Assembly: GCA_050331235.1 (NCBI GenBank)
Contig: JBHJHA010000087.1
Coordinates: 1 to 26,695, forward strand
Source: Leptolyngbyaceae cyanobacterium
GTDB taxonomy: Bacteria > Cyanobacteriota > Cyanobacteriia > Phormidesmidales > Phormidesmidaceae
DNA length: 26,695 bases
Reading direction: 5' to 3'
Shown here: positions 17,396 to 26,695 of the stretch, piece by piece
Layout: each line of letters begins with the position of its first letter
Position numbering within the stretch: position 1 is the stretch's first letter
Program-made: the position numbers and the translations under genes
The notes under the pieces: model-generated
Database searches by the model: none
The model's input: the letters and a program-made list of their open reading frames with translations, nothing else
What the model was told of the DNA's origin: nothing

Positions 17396-17732
17396 TCTCC
17401 TGAATCTTTCCTTGAGCTGCCACAGCGTTAGGATGCTGTTGTTTAAAGTCTTGGTCAGGATATTGTCGTCTCGGGGCAAAACTCAGTGGAGCAATGATTG
17501 CCAGAGACTCGTACTGTCCAGGACAACGGCATAATCAACCGAAACTAATCAATGGCTGCCAGGCACCCCTGCAAGGCGGGGGCATGACTCAATCTAGTGT
17601 TTTGTTGGATTAGATTAGCCACTGACACTCTAAATCTAGGTTAACTTTCCTAAAGATCCCTGATGTATCTCATGGGCATACGTTATTACATTGACGAGCT
17701 TCCAGACACAATTGATGTCAGCATTTCTTGGA

Positions 17733-19763
17733 ATGAAAGTCATGGGCCACTGTACAGATCTCCTATCTTCTATCTGTTTGGGCAGTTTGCTAACTTGGGG
17801 AGCTTATGCGGCTCCGGGAGCAGTGGCGCAGGCAGAGATGTCTGGAAAAGCGCCCATGACAGCGTCAGCTGTAGCGCAACTGCCTAGCGACCCGAATAGC
17901 TATACCGTGATACACGTTAACGCCGCCTCGGGCAATGATGCTCAGGCCGATGGTAGTCAGTTGAGACCTTATCAAACGATTAGCAGAGCGCTGGAATTGG
18001 CTTCGCCTCAGACGTTGATTTTGCTGGCCGGCGGCACCTACAGCGCGGACAGTGGAGAGAGCTTTCCCCTGCAGTTGCGATCAGGGGTGACGATTCAGGG
18101 CATGGCTGGCCCCAACGCTGCTGATGTGCTGATCCGTGGTAATGGTCACTTCTACAGTGGCTCTAGGGGCATGCAACAGGTCACGATTTTGAGCGCTAAT
18201 AATGCGGGCTTAGCTAATGTGACGGTTTCCAATCCTCACCCCGAGGGTACAGGCATGTGGATTGAATCTGGTAGCCCCATTATTCTCAACAATGCGTTTT
18301 TTCAAAATGGAGCAAACGGCATTTATATCGCTGGTACGGGGCAGCCCGTTATTCGAGGCAATTACTTTGCTGAGAATGGCCAAGCCGGCCTTGTGATTGC
18401 TGGCCCTTCGACTGCCAAAGTGGAGTCAAATATCTTTGAGAATACTGGGGCTGGTATCACCCTGGCACCGGATTCAGCTCCAGAAAATCTTGACAATCGG
18501 ATTTCGAGCAACCTAGATGGGCTGATTATGCATGCGGAAGCTCGTCCTACGCTGCGGCGCAATCAAATTGTCCACAATCGTCGTAACAGCATTGTGGACT
18601 ATGCAGAGTGGATGACGATACCCAACAGTGACAACATGGGAGCCATACAGCCGCCGCCAACCCGACAAGCGACAACAATCTCCCCGGCATCAGAAACCGG
18701 CGTTCCTGGCACTTCATCAGTGCCCGAAGTTGCCGAGCCTGTAGCTACGGCCCCTGGCCTGCCTGGGGTTAACAGTCGCGTCAATGAGACAGTTCCTGAT
18801 TTGGCGGTGGATGTCCCTCCGGCGATCACAACTCCTGCCCCTGAGATTGCCGACACCTCAGGCACGCAGCTGGAACCAACACATTCCGAGGTTGCGACCG
18901 TGACTGGAACCGCTGATCTGTCGACTCCGACCACGGCAGTTACAGACGATGCCCGTGGGGACACTCAGTTTAATGGGATAACCGGAGGCTTAGACGGCGA
19001 TCGCCTACCCCAGCAGCTCAGCGCCACCGCCATGGCTTTGACTGACGTGGATGTGGATTTCATAACCGCGATCGCATCGGAACCGCTGTTAGCCACGGTC
19101 GACCTCTCACCGTTGAGGACTGTACCGGTAGCGCTAGAGCCGCTAACGCAGACAACAGCAGCGACCACGAGTAACTTCTTTGCGCCATTGCCAGAACCAG
19201 GTGCATCGGTAGACGGGGAAACCGAGACATCAGAATTGTCCGCCTCGCCAGAGGCGATTGAGATTCCGGTAATTCCCCCGCCCAATCAGGCAATCGCTAA
19301 ACCAGAGCCGGTCAATGAGGCCCTTGAGCAAGCGGTCACCCAAGCGCTCTCGACCGCTGATGCACTGCCAAACCTGCCGTCAGTAGCCCCCTCAGAAACG
19401 GAGGCTGTGACTGCCCCTGAGCGGCTCAGCGTGCCCAGCCTCGAGATTCCGATGGGGAGTGGTGGCAGCTTGCCAGAGCTATTTGTCACGGGGGCAGTGG
19501 AGACCGCTTCGTCTGACGATCCCCCGCCCCCGCCTTCATTGGCATCTTCCTTAGGGTTGCGTTACAAGGTCCTGGTCACTGCACCTGATGAAGCCACCCA
19601 ATCGGCGGTGCGGACGCAGGTGCCTGACGCCTTTCGCACACAATTGAACGGGCAGGTCTATATGCAAGCTGGGGCCTACCCCACGCGTGATGAAGCCCAG
19701 GCCCAGGTCAACCAGCTTTTGCAGGCAGGCTTGCAGGCGCAGATTCAAGAACTGCCTAACTAG
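17733..19763 (+). CDS. DUF1565/right-handed beta-helix protein with Pro/Thr-rich linker and SPOR-like C-terminal domain
   Basis: VNAASGND...DGSQLRPYQTISRAL...GTYSADSGESFPL, parallel beta-helix repeats, and C-terminal YKVLV...VPDAFR...MQAGAY...EAQ. Start uncertain (17691, 17733 or 17742). Confidence 0.85.
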   Translation: MKVMGHCTDLLSSICLGSLLTWGAYAAPGAVAQAEMSGKAPMTASAVAQLPSDPNSYTVIHVNAASGNDAQADGSQLRPYQTISRALELASPQTLILLAGGTYSADSGESFPLQLRSGVTIQGMAGPNAADVLIRGNGHFYSGSRGMQQVTILSANNAGLANVTVSNPHPEGTGMWIESGSPIILNNAFFQNGANGIYIAGTGQPVIRGNYFAENGQAGLVIAGPSTAKVESNIFENTGAGITLAPDSAPENLDNRISSNLDGLIMHAEARPTLRRNQIVHNRRNSIVDYAEWMTIPNSDNMGAIQPPPTRQATTISPASETGVPGTSSVPEVAEPVATAPGLPGVNSRVNETVPDLAVDVPPAITTPAPEIADTSGTQLEPTHSEVATVTGTADLSTPTTAVTDDARGDTQFNGITGGLDGDRLPQQLSATAMALTDVDVDFITAIASEPLLATVDLSPLRTVPVALEPLTQTTAATTSNFFAPLPEPGASVDGETETSELSASPEAIEIPVIPPPNQAIAKPEPVNEALEQAVTQALSTADALPNLPSVAPSETEAVTAPERLSVPSLEIPMGSGGSLPELFVTGAVETASSDDPPPPPSLASSLGLRYKVLVTAPDEATQSAVRTQVPDAFRTQLNGQVYMQAGAYPTRDEAQAQVNQLLQAGLQAQIQELPN

Positions 19764-20037
19764 ATTGGCCCCATCGTTGAGTCACCTTAGTCCCACCCTC
19801 AGCTGCTCAGGTTGAGTTGAACCTCAGGTCGACCGGGCGAGATTCTAAGCGATGCGAGCCTAACTGTCAGCGCAGAGATTTTGATACCCTTTGATGGATT
19901 TGATCGCGTACCATCGGCACTAGCCGCGCCCCATCTTAGCGGCATTACTCAGTGTCAGCATCGTAGGCCGATCTGACCATCTGGTGATTCCTGTTTGCGT
20001 GGCAATATCTGGCGTTCCTTTTCAACTTCAAGCACCT

Positions 20038-21933
20038 ATGCGGCCTTATTTTGCTCATCCCCTGAGTTCACCGTCTGTGAGGAAAGTGGACGGTGTCGTG
20101 CGATCGCTGGCAAATCTAATCAGTCGGTTCGGACACTGGCCGAGATCGCTGCTGCTAGGCTGGTTGACCTGCACCTTCGTTGTATTGATGGCATCGCCTA
20201 GTGCCGCTCAGTTTTCTTTGCCGGAGGGGTTGGGCGCGTCGGAAGCGGTAGGCCCGCCCGATGGGGTAACGCGCTTTGGCACTCTGGAAGTGACCACGGT
20301 CAGTTCCCCCTTAAGCGAAGCTGACCTCTTCACCATTGCGGCACCAACGGTGTATGACCGCAGCCCCGAGGCCATTGGCGATCGCCTCCCCGTTGAGCAA
20401 CGAGCCGCAGAAATCCGAGCCAAGCTGCTCTTGCTTTTGCAGCGGGAAATTGCCTCTGAAACCGAACTAGACCTCGATTCCCTTGTATTTGAAATCGCCA
20501 AACTCAACAATGTCACCGTCATTGATGTGCAGGACAACAACTTTCCGCGACCGCTGATTTTGACCTCTGTCACCGAATTAGATGCTGATTTCAATGGTCA
20601 ACCGGTTGAGGCCCTAGCGGAGAAATGGCGCAATATTCTTGAAACGGAGCTCCGTACAGGTATTGAAAACCTACCCGCCAACCAGCAGCGAGTTTATCGC
20701 ATCGTCGGCGGGCTAATGATTTTGACGGCCATCGGCATCGCGCTTAAATATCTACTGCACCGTCGTCAGCGGCAACTCAAACATCAAAAGCAAACACTCA
20801 ATGAGTCCCCAGTGTCTGCCGCCGAAAGTCAACCCATCGGAGAACCAGGGATACCCACACCCGAGCGGATATCGCAGCAGCGGGAGCGCTTTATTGCCAG
20901 GCTGCGGACTGTGTTTAGTCTCGACCGGCAATTAGCGGCCCTCGACTTGGCTCAGTGGCTGCTGTTTTGGGCACTAATATTTTCGTGGCTCGGCGCAATT
21001 TTATGGATTTATCTGGTGTCTCCCTACCTGCTGGATCAACAGCTTGGGTTGCTGCGGGGGGTCCCTAATCTACTGTTCATCTGGTTTTGGTCGGGGCTAG
21101 CAATTCGGTTGAGCCGTCGCCTCATCGATCATTTCTCCCAAGATCGAGAGGGCATCGATCTGGGCGACTTTATTCAATTTGGCGATATCCAGCGGCGACA
21201 GCTCCGCGCTTCCACGATTTCAGGAGCAGCGAAGGGACTCGTCACCATTTTAATTTTGTTGGTAGCCGCCTTATCAGTGCTGGAAACCCTTGGCGTCCCA
21301 ACCGCTTCTACCGTTGCGATTGGCAGCTTGGCGGGTTTAGCCATTACCTTTGGCTCGCAAAACTTGGTTAAAGATTTGGTCAATGGATTTTTAATTTTGT
21401 CGGAAGACCAATATGCGATCGGTGACGTCATTAGCGCGGGGGGCACTGCGGGCCTGGTGGAAGCACTTAACCTCCGCGTGACTCAGCTCCGTAGCAGCAG
21501 TGGTAATTTAGTCACGATTCCCAATAGCAGCATCATTCAGGTAGAAAATCTCACCCGGAGCTGGTCGCGCGTCAATTTCAGCATTGATGTGGCTTACCAC
21601 ACCGACCCTGATGAGGCTCTGACGTTGATAACATCGGTGGCCCAAAGTCTGTATGACGATCCCGATTGGCGCGAGCAGCTCATGGGTGAGCCCACCGTCT
21701 TGGGCATCGACAGTGTTTCCCACAGCGGCATGACCCTGACCGTTTGGCTAGACACCCAGCCTGGTAAGCAGTGGGGCGTTGGTCGTGAACTGCGGCTGCG
21801 GGTACGTCGAGCCTTGGGTCAACACCAGATCGAGATCGGCATCCCACACCAGACACTGGCCATAGAGCCAAGCCACGGCGATGACAACCGCAATGCCGCT
21901 GGCGTCGCCGCCATGCCTCAAAATCGTGAATAA
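20038..21933 (+). CDS. Small-conductance mechanosensitive channel (MscS family) with N-terminal periplasmic extension
   Basis: GLAITFGSQNLVKDLVNGFLILSEDQYAIGDVI...GLVEALNLRVTQLR...TIPNS. Start uncertain (GTG 19984 or ATG 20038). Confidence 0.93.
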   Translation: MRPYFAHPLSSPSVRKVDGVVRSLANLISRFGHWPRSLLLGWLTCTFVVLMASPSAAQFSLPEGLGASEAVGPPDGVTRFGTLEVTTVSSPLSEADLFTIAAPTVYDRSPEAIGDRLPVEQRAAEIRAKLLLLLQREIASETELDLDSLVFEIAKLNNVTVIDVQDNNFPRPLILTSVTELDADFNGQPVEALAEKWRNILETELRTGIENLPANQQRVYRIVGGLMILTAIGIALKYLLHRRQRQLKHQKQTLNESPVSAAESQPIGEPGIPTPERISQQRERFIARLRTVFSLDRQLAALDLAQWLLFWALIFSWLGAILWIYLVSPYLLDQQLGLLRGVPNLLFIWFWSGLAIRLSRRLIDHFSQDREGIDLGDFIQFGDIQRRQLRASTISGAAKGLVTILILLVAALSVLETLGVPTASTVAIGSLAGLAITFGSQNLVKDLVNGFLILSEDQYAIGDVISAGGTAGLVEALNLRVTQLRSSSGNLVTIPNSSIIQVENLTRSWSRVNFSIDVAYHTDPDEALTLITSVAQSLYDDPDWREQLMGEPTVLGIDSVSHSGMTLTVWLDTQPGKQWGVGRELRLRVRRALGQHQIEIGIPHQTLAIEPSHGDDNRNAAGVAAMPQNRE

Positions 21934-22018
21934 TCTCCGGCAGATTGCCAGGCAGGGACTCAACGAGAAGGCTTGGGGCTACTCGCTACACCAATGGAGG
22001 TACCGCCTAATTGCCACT

Positions 22019-22954
22019 TTACGTCCCAGCTAAGATCTGCTCATCCAGAGAGAAGTCAGCCTCAGCCTGGTGGCGATTGGACGCCATGAAATCATGGGTA
22101 AAGGAGTCTTGCAGTCCACTGACGAGATCGTACCGAGGGGTCCACTGTAGCTGCGACTGGGCCTTGGCAATATCAGTGAAGAAATGCTGCACCCGCATGG
22201 GGAAGGCTTTTTTCTTACCAAAGTCAAAATCTGCGGGCTCGTAATGGACGATCTGTAGATTGGCGGGGTCTTTGCCCGCTGCGATCGCGCAGGCCCGAGC
22301 GAGCCCATCAAAGGTGACCGCCTTGGGACCAGAGATGTTGTAAATCTGCCCGATGGCAGTGGGGTTGCCCAACACCGCGGCCATGGCAGCCGCTAAATCG
22401 GCAACGTGTCCCATTTGAGTAAGCGCCATGCCGTTCCCGGGAATCGGTAGTGGGCGATCGCGCACAATGCGATCAAAAAACCACGCTTCGACATCGTTAT
22501 AATTTTGCGGCCCATAAATGTAAACCGGACGAACGGAGGTAAAGGGCACCTGTTGCGCAGCCAGATAATCTTCGGTGGCAAACTTGCCTTTGTGGCGGCT
22601 GTTCGGATCCAGGGCATCTCCCTCGACATGGGGCATTTCGTCCGATTTTTGATAAACCCCCGCCGAACTGACGTAAACCAAGTGCTGCACCTGATCGCCA
22701 AACAGCTCAACCAACGGCTGAGTATCACTCAGCTCACGGCCATTGTTATCAAAAATTGCATCAAATTTTTCGTTTGACAGGGCGGCTTTCAGCTGATCCG
22801 CATCTTTGCGATCACCGCAAATCGTTTTCACTGTCTCCACTGGCGCAGGCTTGTTGCCACGGTTGAACAAAACCACTTCGTGGCCCTGATTAACCAACAG
22901 CTTAGTCAGATAAACTCCAACAAATCGAGTTCCCCCCATGACCAAAACGCGCAT
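22019..22954 (-). CDS. Atypical SDR/NAD-dependent epimerase, CSP41b-like (chloroplast stem-loop RNA-binding protein homologue)
   Basis: GGTRFVG, DNNGRE, SSAGVY, SRHKGK (His in place of the catalytic Tyr), RPVYIYGP...EAWFFDRI, DFGKKKAFPMR. Confidence 0.9.
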   Translation of the reverse strand: MRVLVMGGTRFVGVYLTKLLVNQGHEVVLFNRGNKPAPVETVKTICGDRKDADQLKAALSNEKFDAIFDNNGRELSDTQPLVELFGDQVQHLVYVSSAGVYQKSDEMPHVEGDALDPNSRHKGKFATEDYLAAQQVPFTSVRPVYIYGPQNYNDVEAWFFDRIVRDRPLPIPGNGMALTQMGHVADLAAAMAAVLGNPTAIGQIYNISGPKAVTFDGLARACAIAAGKDPANLQIVHYEPADFDFGKKKAFPMRVQHFFTDIAKAQSQLQWTPRYDLVSGLQDSFTHDFMASNRHQAEADFSLDEQILAGT

Positions 22955-23248
22955 CCTGCCCTCCTACTTAGCATTCGATATACCCTTGGTATCTTAATGA
23001 TGACGCTGTTCCCTGGGAACGTGATTGTTTCGCTAGGCAAAGGACGAGACCTAGGCAGTTGTAATAAATTGTTTGACAAATACTTAAGGGAATAAGTCAA
23101 AACCCCTCTTATCTCGTTGCTGAGCTTAGTGTGATGCCATTACAGTTGTGAGGCAGCCATCCGTTCCCACTAAAATGAAGGGGCGATCATGGCCACGCTG
23201 CCCGATTAGCCATCCTTGTAGCTGTATGCACCTCATTGGCGAAGCTGA

Positions 23249-24355
23249 ATGCAAGAGCTAGACACCGCCTATCGAACGCTAGATTTAGAGCCGGGAGCTT
23301 CGATGGAAGAAGTCAACCAGGCTTATAAAGACTTGGTGTTTATCTGGCATCCTGATCGTTTGCCTAAAGACAACCTTCGTCTGATCGAAAAAGCACAAGA
23401 AAAAATCAAGCAACTGAATCAAGCGCGCGACTATCTCCGTACCCATGCTCGGGTGGGGACCGCCTCTACCTCTACTGGCAACGGTGCTGGCTACCGACAG
23501 CGCTCTCACACCTATGGGCGTCCCGCATCTAGTAGTCAGAGCTACCGGCAGCGTTCCCCCTACGATCGCGCCCAGGAGACCAATCAGCAAACCTATCAAA
23601 ATCCCTATCGAGCCCGACAATCTCGCTATGCACAGACAGGCTATGGGGGCTATGGCGCTTATCGCCGACCCGAAAGTTCTGAATCGTCATCTCGCCATGC
23701 CGCTGCCCATGAATCTGCATCTGCGTCTAGCAATGGCGACAAAGCGGCTGGTCCTGCCTATCGACATCGCCCCCCTTATGGCAGCAGCGCGCCTCGTTCC
23801 AATACCAATGACGGGTGGAATAATTACACGACAGCCCAACCTAGCGGCTCTGGTAATGCCGCTAGCAACAGTCGGTCAACGGGACCGAGCTACACCGTCA
23901 ATTCTGAGCGGAGCCATACGTCCCGCTATCGCTCAGCACCCTCTGAAACCACTAGCAGCTCCAGCAATACCTATCGCTCGCGTCAACAGCATCCTGACCT
24001 GAGCGGATCCAACTTTAGCGGCGCTAATCTGCGGGAAAGAGACTTTTCAGGGCGTAATCTCAGCAGCGCTGACTTAACCAATGCAGATCTACAGGATGCG
24101 TTTTTGCACGGGGTCAATCTCAATCGGGCCAATCTCTCCAATGCCAATTTATTTCGGGCCAATTTGCTCCAGGCCAATCTGAGCCATGCCAATTTGCGCG
24201 GCGCGAATCTCATTGGGGCGGACTTGAGTGGGGCGGACCTCAGCGGAGCAGATTTGAGTGGGGCCAAGGTAGCAGTTGGCGATCGCGTCATGGTCAAGCT
24301 CACGGGCACAATTTTGCGCGCCACGATCATGCCTGATGGCACCATCAACGCTTAG
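23249..24355 (+). CDS. J-domain (DnaJ type III) protein with C-terminal pentapeptide repeats
   Basis: N-terminal J domain with intact WHPD, low-complexity linker, A(D/N)LxX pentapeptide repeats, and an MPDG cap. Confidence 0.93.
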   Translation: MQELDTAYRTLDLEPGASMEEVNQAYKDLVFIWHPDRLPKDNLRLIEKAQEKIKQLNQARDYLRTHARVGTASTSTGNGAGYRQRSHTYGRPASSSQSYRQRSPYDRAQETNQQTYQNPYRARQSRYAQTGYGGYGAYRRPESSESSSRHAAAHESASASSNGDKAAGPAYRHRPPYGSSAPRSNTNDGWNNYTTAQPSGSGNAASNSRSTGPSYTVNSERSHTSRYRSAPSETTSSSSNTYRSRQQHPDLSGSNFSGANLRERDFSGRNLSSADLTNADLQDAFLHGVNLNRANLSNANLFRANLLQANLSHANLRGANLIGADLSGADLSGADLSGAKVAVGDRVMVKLTGTILRATIMPDGTINA

Positions 24356-24562
24356 CCTAGGGCCATTAGCCTGGGTTCCCTAATGTCCACCAACGGCGCA
24401 GTTGCCGGGCCGAGGTCGGACCTTTCGCTCAAGCTCTAAACTCTCTGGCAAAAAGATATATGTGAAATCCTGTCATTGCGGCTGAAATCGGATACAACGG
24501 GACAAGTTCTTATCCTCTCTTTTGTTAGCCAAGCGCGTCTTGGGCCTATCTGCGATCTCACC

Positions 24563-26695
24563 ATGACTCTTTTTCGTTTGCTTTCTAAGTCCTTCGGTCA
24601 GCCTTCATTACGCCTAGCCTGTGGCTGTCTGACCGCACTTTGGTTACTCGGCAACTCCGCCAACGCAGAAATTGTCAACGTCGGTTATGGCGACGCGGAG
24701 TTACCTACCCTTTCGGAGGGTGAGCAAGCAACCCTAGACACGCTGCAATCAGTACGATTACCCCTGATCTTGAGCAAGGTCAGCCCAGACCAATCTACTT
24801 TGGTGATTGCCACCCTTGATCGTCTGAGTCAAACCGATTGGCGAGTCAAATTTTTAGATTTAGAAACTGGCGAACTCATTGATTCCCTCGCGTTGGAATA
24901 TGAGGTCTTTAATCCCATTTTGCCAATTCAGTGGGTTGACAATCGAACCATTCAGTTTGTGCAAGATGGTCTTTTTGGCCCCTGGGATTTGGTCTCGCTC
25001 AATCTAGATACCGGTATTGTCTCCCACACCACGGTCTATCCCACGGAGGAAGAAGCGGGAGAAATTCTCGGTGCGGCCCCTGGGTTTTCGCATTTTGCCC
25101 TGCGGGTGTACGAAGAAAGTGAGGATGTCATTTATCTCGTCTCCTTAGAGTCCCTAGATCGCATCGAAGTGGCCCGTATCCCATCGGATTTGGAGATTCA
25201 GCCGCCATCATGGTCAGAAGATGGTGAACGGGTGGTGTTTGTCACTTCCTCTGTGGAGGCGCGTCAGCTCTACGAGCGGACCCCCTTTAGTCCCAATTTG
25301 TCAGATCCGGTGAATCAGGATGCCCTGGGGCGCACTCCCCCGGAGGATAATCTTTTTCTCCAACAAAATGAGGTCAAAGTTTACGATTTAACAGCCGCTG
25401 AACCACTGCTGCTACAGCTCAAAGCGGGGGATGATCCGGCGCATCTTTTGGCCGAGGCCAAGCTCAGTCCGATGGGCGATCGCCTGCTAGTCAAATATTT
25501 AGAGCCTAGTCAACTGAGCGGACGGGAATTTGCCACCTACTTGTATCCCCAGCGCTCCTACTACCAAGTTTTAGAGCTGGATGGCACGCCCCTCGCTACG
25601 ATCAGCGATGCCACATTAGCAGGCCCCCTCGAAAACGAAGGCAGTTTTATCGATAGCAACACGTTGCTCTTCAGCAGTACCGTAGAGACCAATCGCCATT
25701 TCTTTACCTATGAGCTGACCACAGGGGCACTCACTCGATTGCCACTCCCCGACGGCAGCGTCGATCCTCAGTCCTGGCAAATCTCCAACACTGGCGATAC
25801 GCTCATTTTTGCGTTTTCAGCCATTACCCAACCCCCCGAGATCTTTTCTATGCCCCTGGACGGTAGCGAGTCGCCGGTACAGATTACCGAGCTAAACGCA
25901 GAGGTCGCTACCGTCAACAACGTTCAGGTCAATCCGGTTAGCTTCGATACTCGTAGTGGGGTGCGAGAAGGATTTTTGGTGCAGCCGGCAGGTCTCCCGT
26001 TTCCTCCGACAGAAACTCCAATGGTGTTTTGGCAACAAGGGGGACCCGGCTTTTCGATGATCAACGAGTTCGCCGTCGAAGTCGAAATGCCCTTCAACCT
26101 ACTGCCAAATTTTGGGATTCCTGTGTTGTCAGTGCCATTGGCTGGCCGCGAAGGTTTTGGCTCCGAGTTTTATCAACTCCAGGCTGAGGGCGACAATTTT
26201 GGAGCGGTCGACATTGGCGAAGGCATTGACATTGCCGCTCAGCTCGCTGAGGCTGGCTGGGCACGGCCTGATCAGCTGGGGGTGACTGGCTGTTCCTATG
26301 GGGGCTATTACACCGCCCAAGCGATCGCGCAGTTTCCCGGCGTATTTGCCGCTGCTAATCCTCAGTGCGCCCTGCTCGACGCCTTTACCGAATGGCAGCT
26401 AGGGTATTCCTCCCTACTGTCTTATCTCACGGGACGAACGCCGATGGAAGCTCCCGAGCACTATCGTCAAATCTCACCGCTTTACAGCGCCAACAACATC
26501 ACCACAGCCACCATGATCTTTCATGGCTCCAACGACTTTCTACAGGTCGACATGGCCCGCAACTTCCATGACGTCATTGCCAGCAACGAGATTCACGCCA
26601 TGATGTACGAGATTGAGAGCGAGGGACATAGCATTTATGATATTGGATTACAGCGAACAGCGGACCAGATTCAAATTGACTTTTATAGAGAATAC
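24563..26695 (+). CDS. Exported S9-family (prolyl oligopeptidase/acylaminoacyl-type) peptidase, 3' end beyond window
   Basis: Manual translation from ATG 24563 is open to the end of the window (711 codons). Signal peptide ending SANA/E, propeller-like middle, QQGGP, nucleophile elbow GCSYGG, FHGSND (Asp) and EGH (His). Confidence 0.93.
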   Translation, partial: MTLFRLLSKSFGQPSLRLACGCLTALWLLGNSANAEIVNVGYGDAELPTLSEGEQATLDTLQSVRLPLILSKVSPDQSTLVIATLDRLSQTDWRVKFLDLETGELIDSLALEYEVFNPILPIQWVDNRTIQFVQDGLFGPWDLVSLNLDTGIVSHTTVYPTEEEAGEILGAAPGFSHFALRVYEESEDVIYLVSLESLDRIEVARIPSDLEIQPPSWSEDGERVVFVTSSVEARQLYERTPFSPNLSDPVNQDALGRTPPEDNLFLQQNEVKVYDLTAAEPLLLQLKAGDDPAHLLAEAKLSPMGDRLLVKYLEPSQLSGREFATYLYPQRSYYQVLELDGTPLATISDATLAGPLENEGSFIDSNTLLFSSTVETNRHFFTYELTTGALTRLPLPDGSVDPQSWQISNTGDTLIFAFSAITQPPEIFSMPLDGSESPVQITELNAEVATVNNVQVNPVSFDTRSGVREGFLVQPAGLPFPPTETPMVFWQQGGPGFSMINEFAVEVEMPFNLLPNFGIPVLSVPLAGREGFGSEFYQLQAEGDNFGAVDIGEGIDIAAQLAEAGWARPDQLGVTGCSYGGYYTAQAIAQFPGVFAAANPQCALLDAFTEWQLGYSSLLSYLTGRTPMEAPEHYRQISPLYSANNITTATMIFHGSNDFLQVDMARNFHDVIASNEIHAMMYEIESEGHSIYDIGLQRTADQIQIDFYREY

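Larger units (their letters stand above)
1192..26328. repeat. Dispersed HIP1 octamers (GCGATCGC)
   Basis: Roughly 30 copies counted by eye, e.g. at 1192, 2092, 13701, 16234, 22281 and 26321; a cyanobacterial hallmark. Confidence 0.9.

Noticed and set aside
22968..22994. CIRCE element upstream of the J-domain gene
   Set aside because: TTAGCATTC resembles the left half-site, but no GAGTGCTAA-like right half follows at 9-bp spacing.
23983..24348. Repetitive antisense ORF (APLKS/APLRS repeats)
   Set aside because: A shadow of the pentapeptide-repeat codons on the opposite strand.
1..26695. Defence system, prophage, tRNA/rRNA or biosynthetic cluster
   Set aside because: I recognised no nuclease, RT, integrase, phage structural, NRPS/PKS or tRNA/rRNA signature by eye. 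A covariance-model search was not possible.

Overview
A cyanobacterial chromosomal segment: the HIP1 octamer GCGATCGC occurs about once per kb, and Ycf66, DUF1565, CSP41b-like and J-domain/pentapeptide genes are present. Most of it is housekeeping and envelope genes: tpiA, an RND efflux pair, a HAD hydrolase, a TrmJ-type methyltransferase, a PBP-A-like serine hydrolase, Ycf66, a TPR protein with IscA/SufA, a DUF318-like permease, DUF2945, YihY, DUF1565, MscS, a CSP41b-like SDR, DnaJ-pentapeptide and an S9 peptidase running off the right edge. Four elements are missing from or misrepresented in the ORF track: (i) the left end and transposase start of an IS1-family element at 1-138; (ii) a lipoprotein pseudogene at 6247-6678, broken by a perfect 29-bp tandem duplication and an extra G in a G6 run; (iii) a decayed IS5-family remnant at about 6785-6950; (iv) the 711-codon partial S9 peptidase. 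I found no CRISPR array, rRNA, tRNA, prophage or recognisable defence system. The best candidates for undescribed biology are a 64-aa gene flanked by phased direct repeats and long hairpins (12337-12959) and a J-protein with a Tyr/Arg/Ser-rich prion-like linker, transcribed divergently from a CSP41b-like RNA-binding gene. Both are inferences, and all family assignments come from motif recognition, not database searches.
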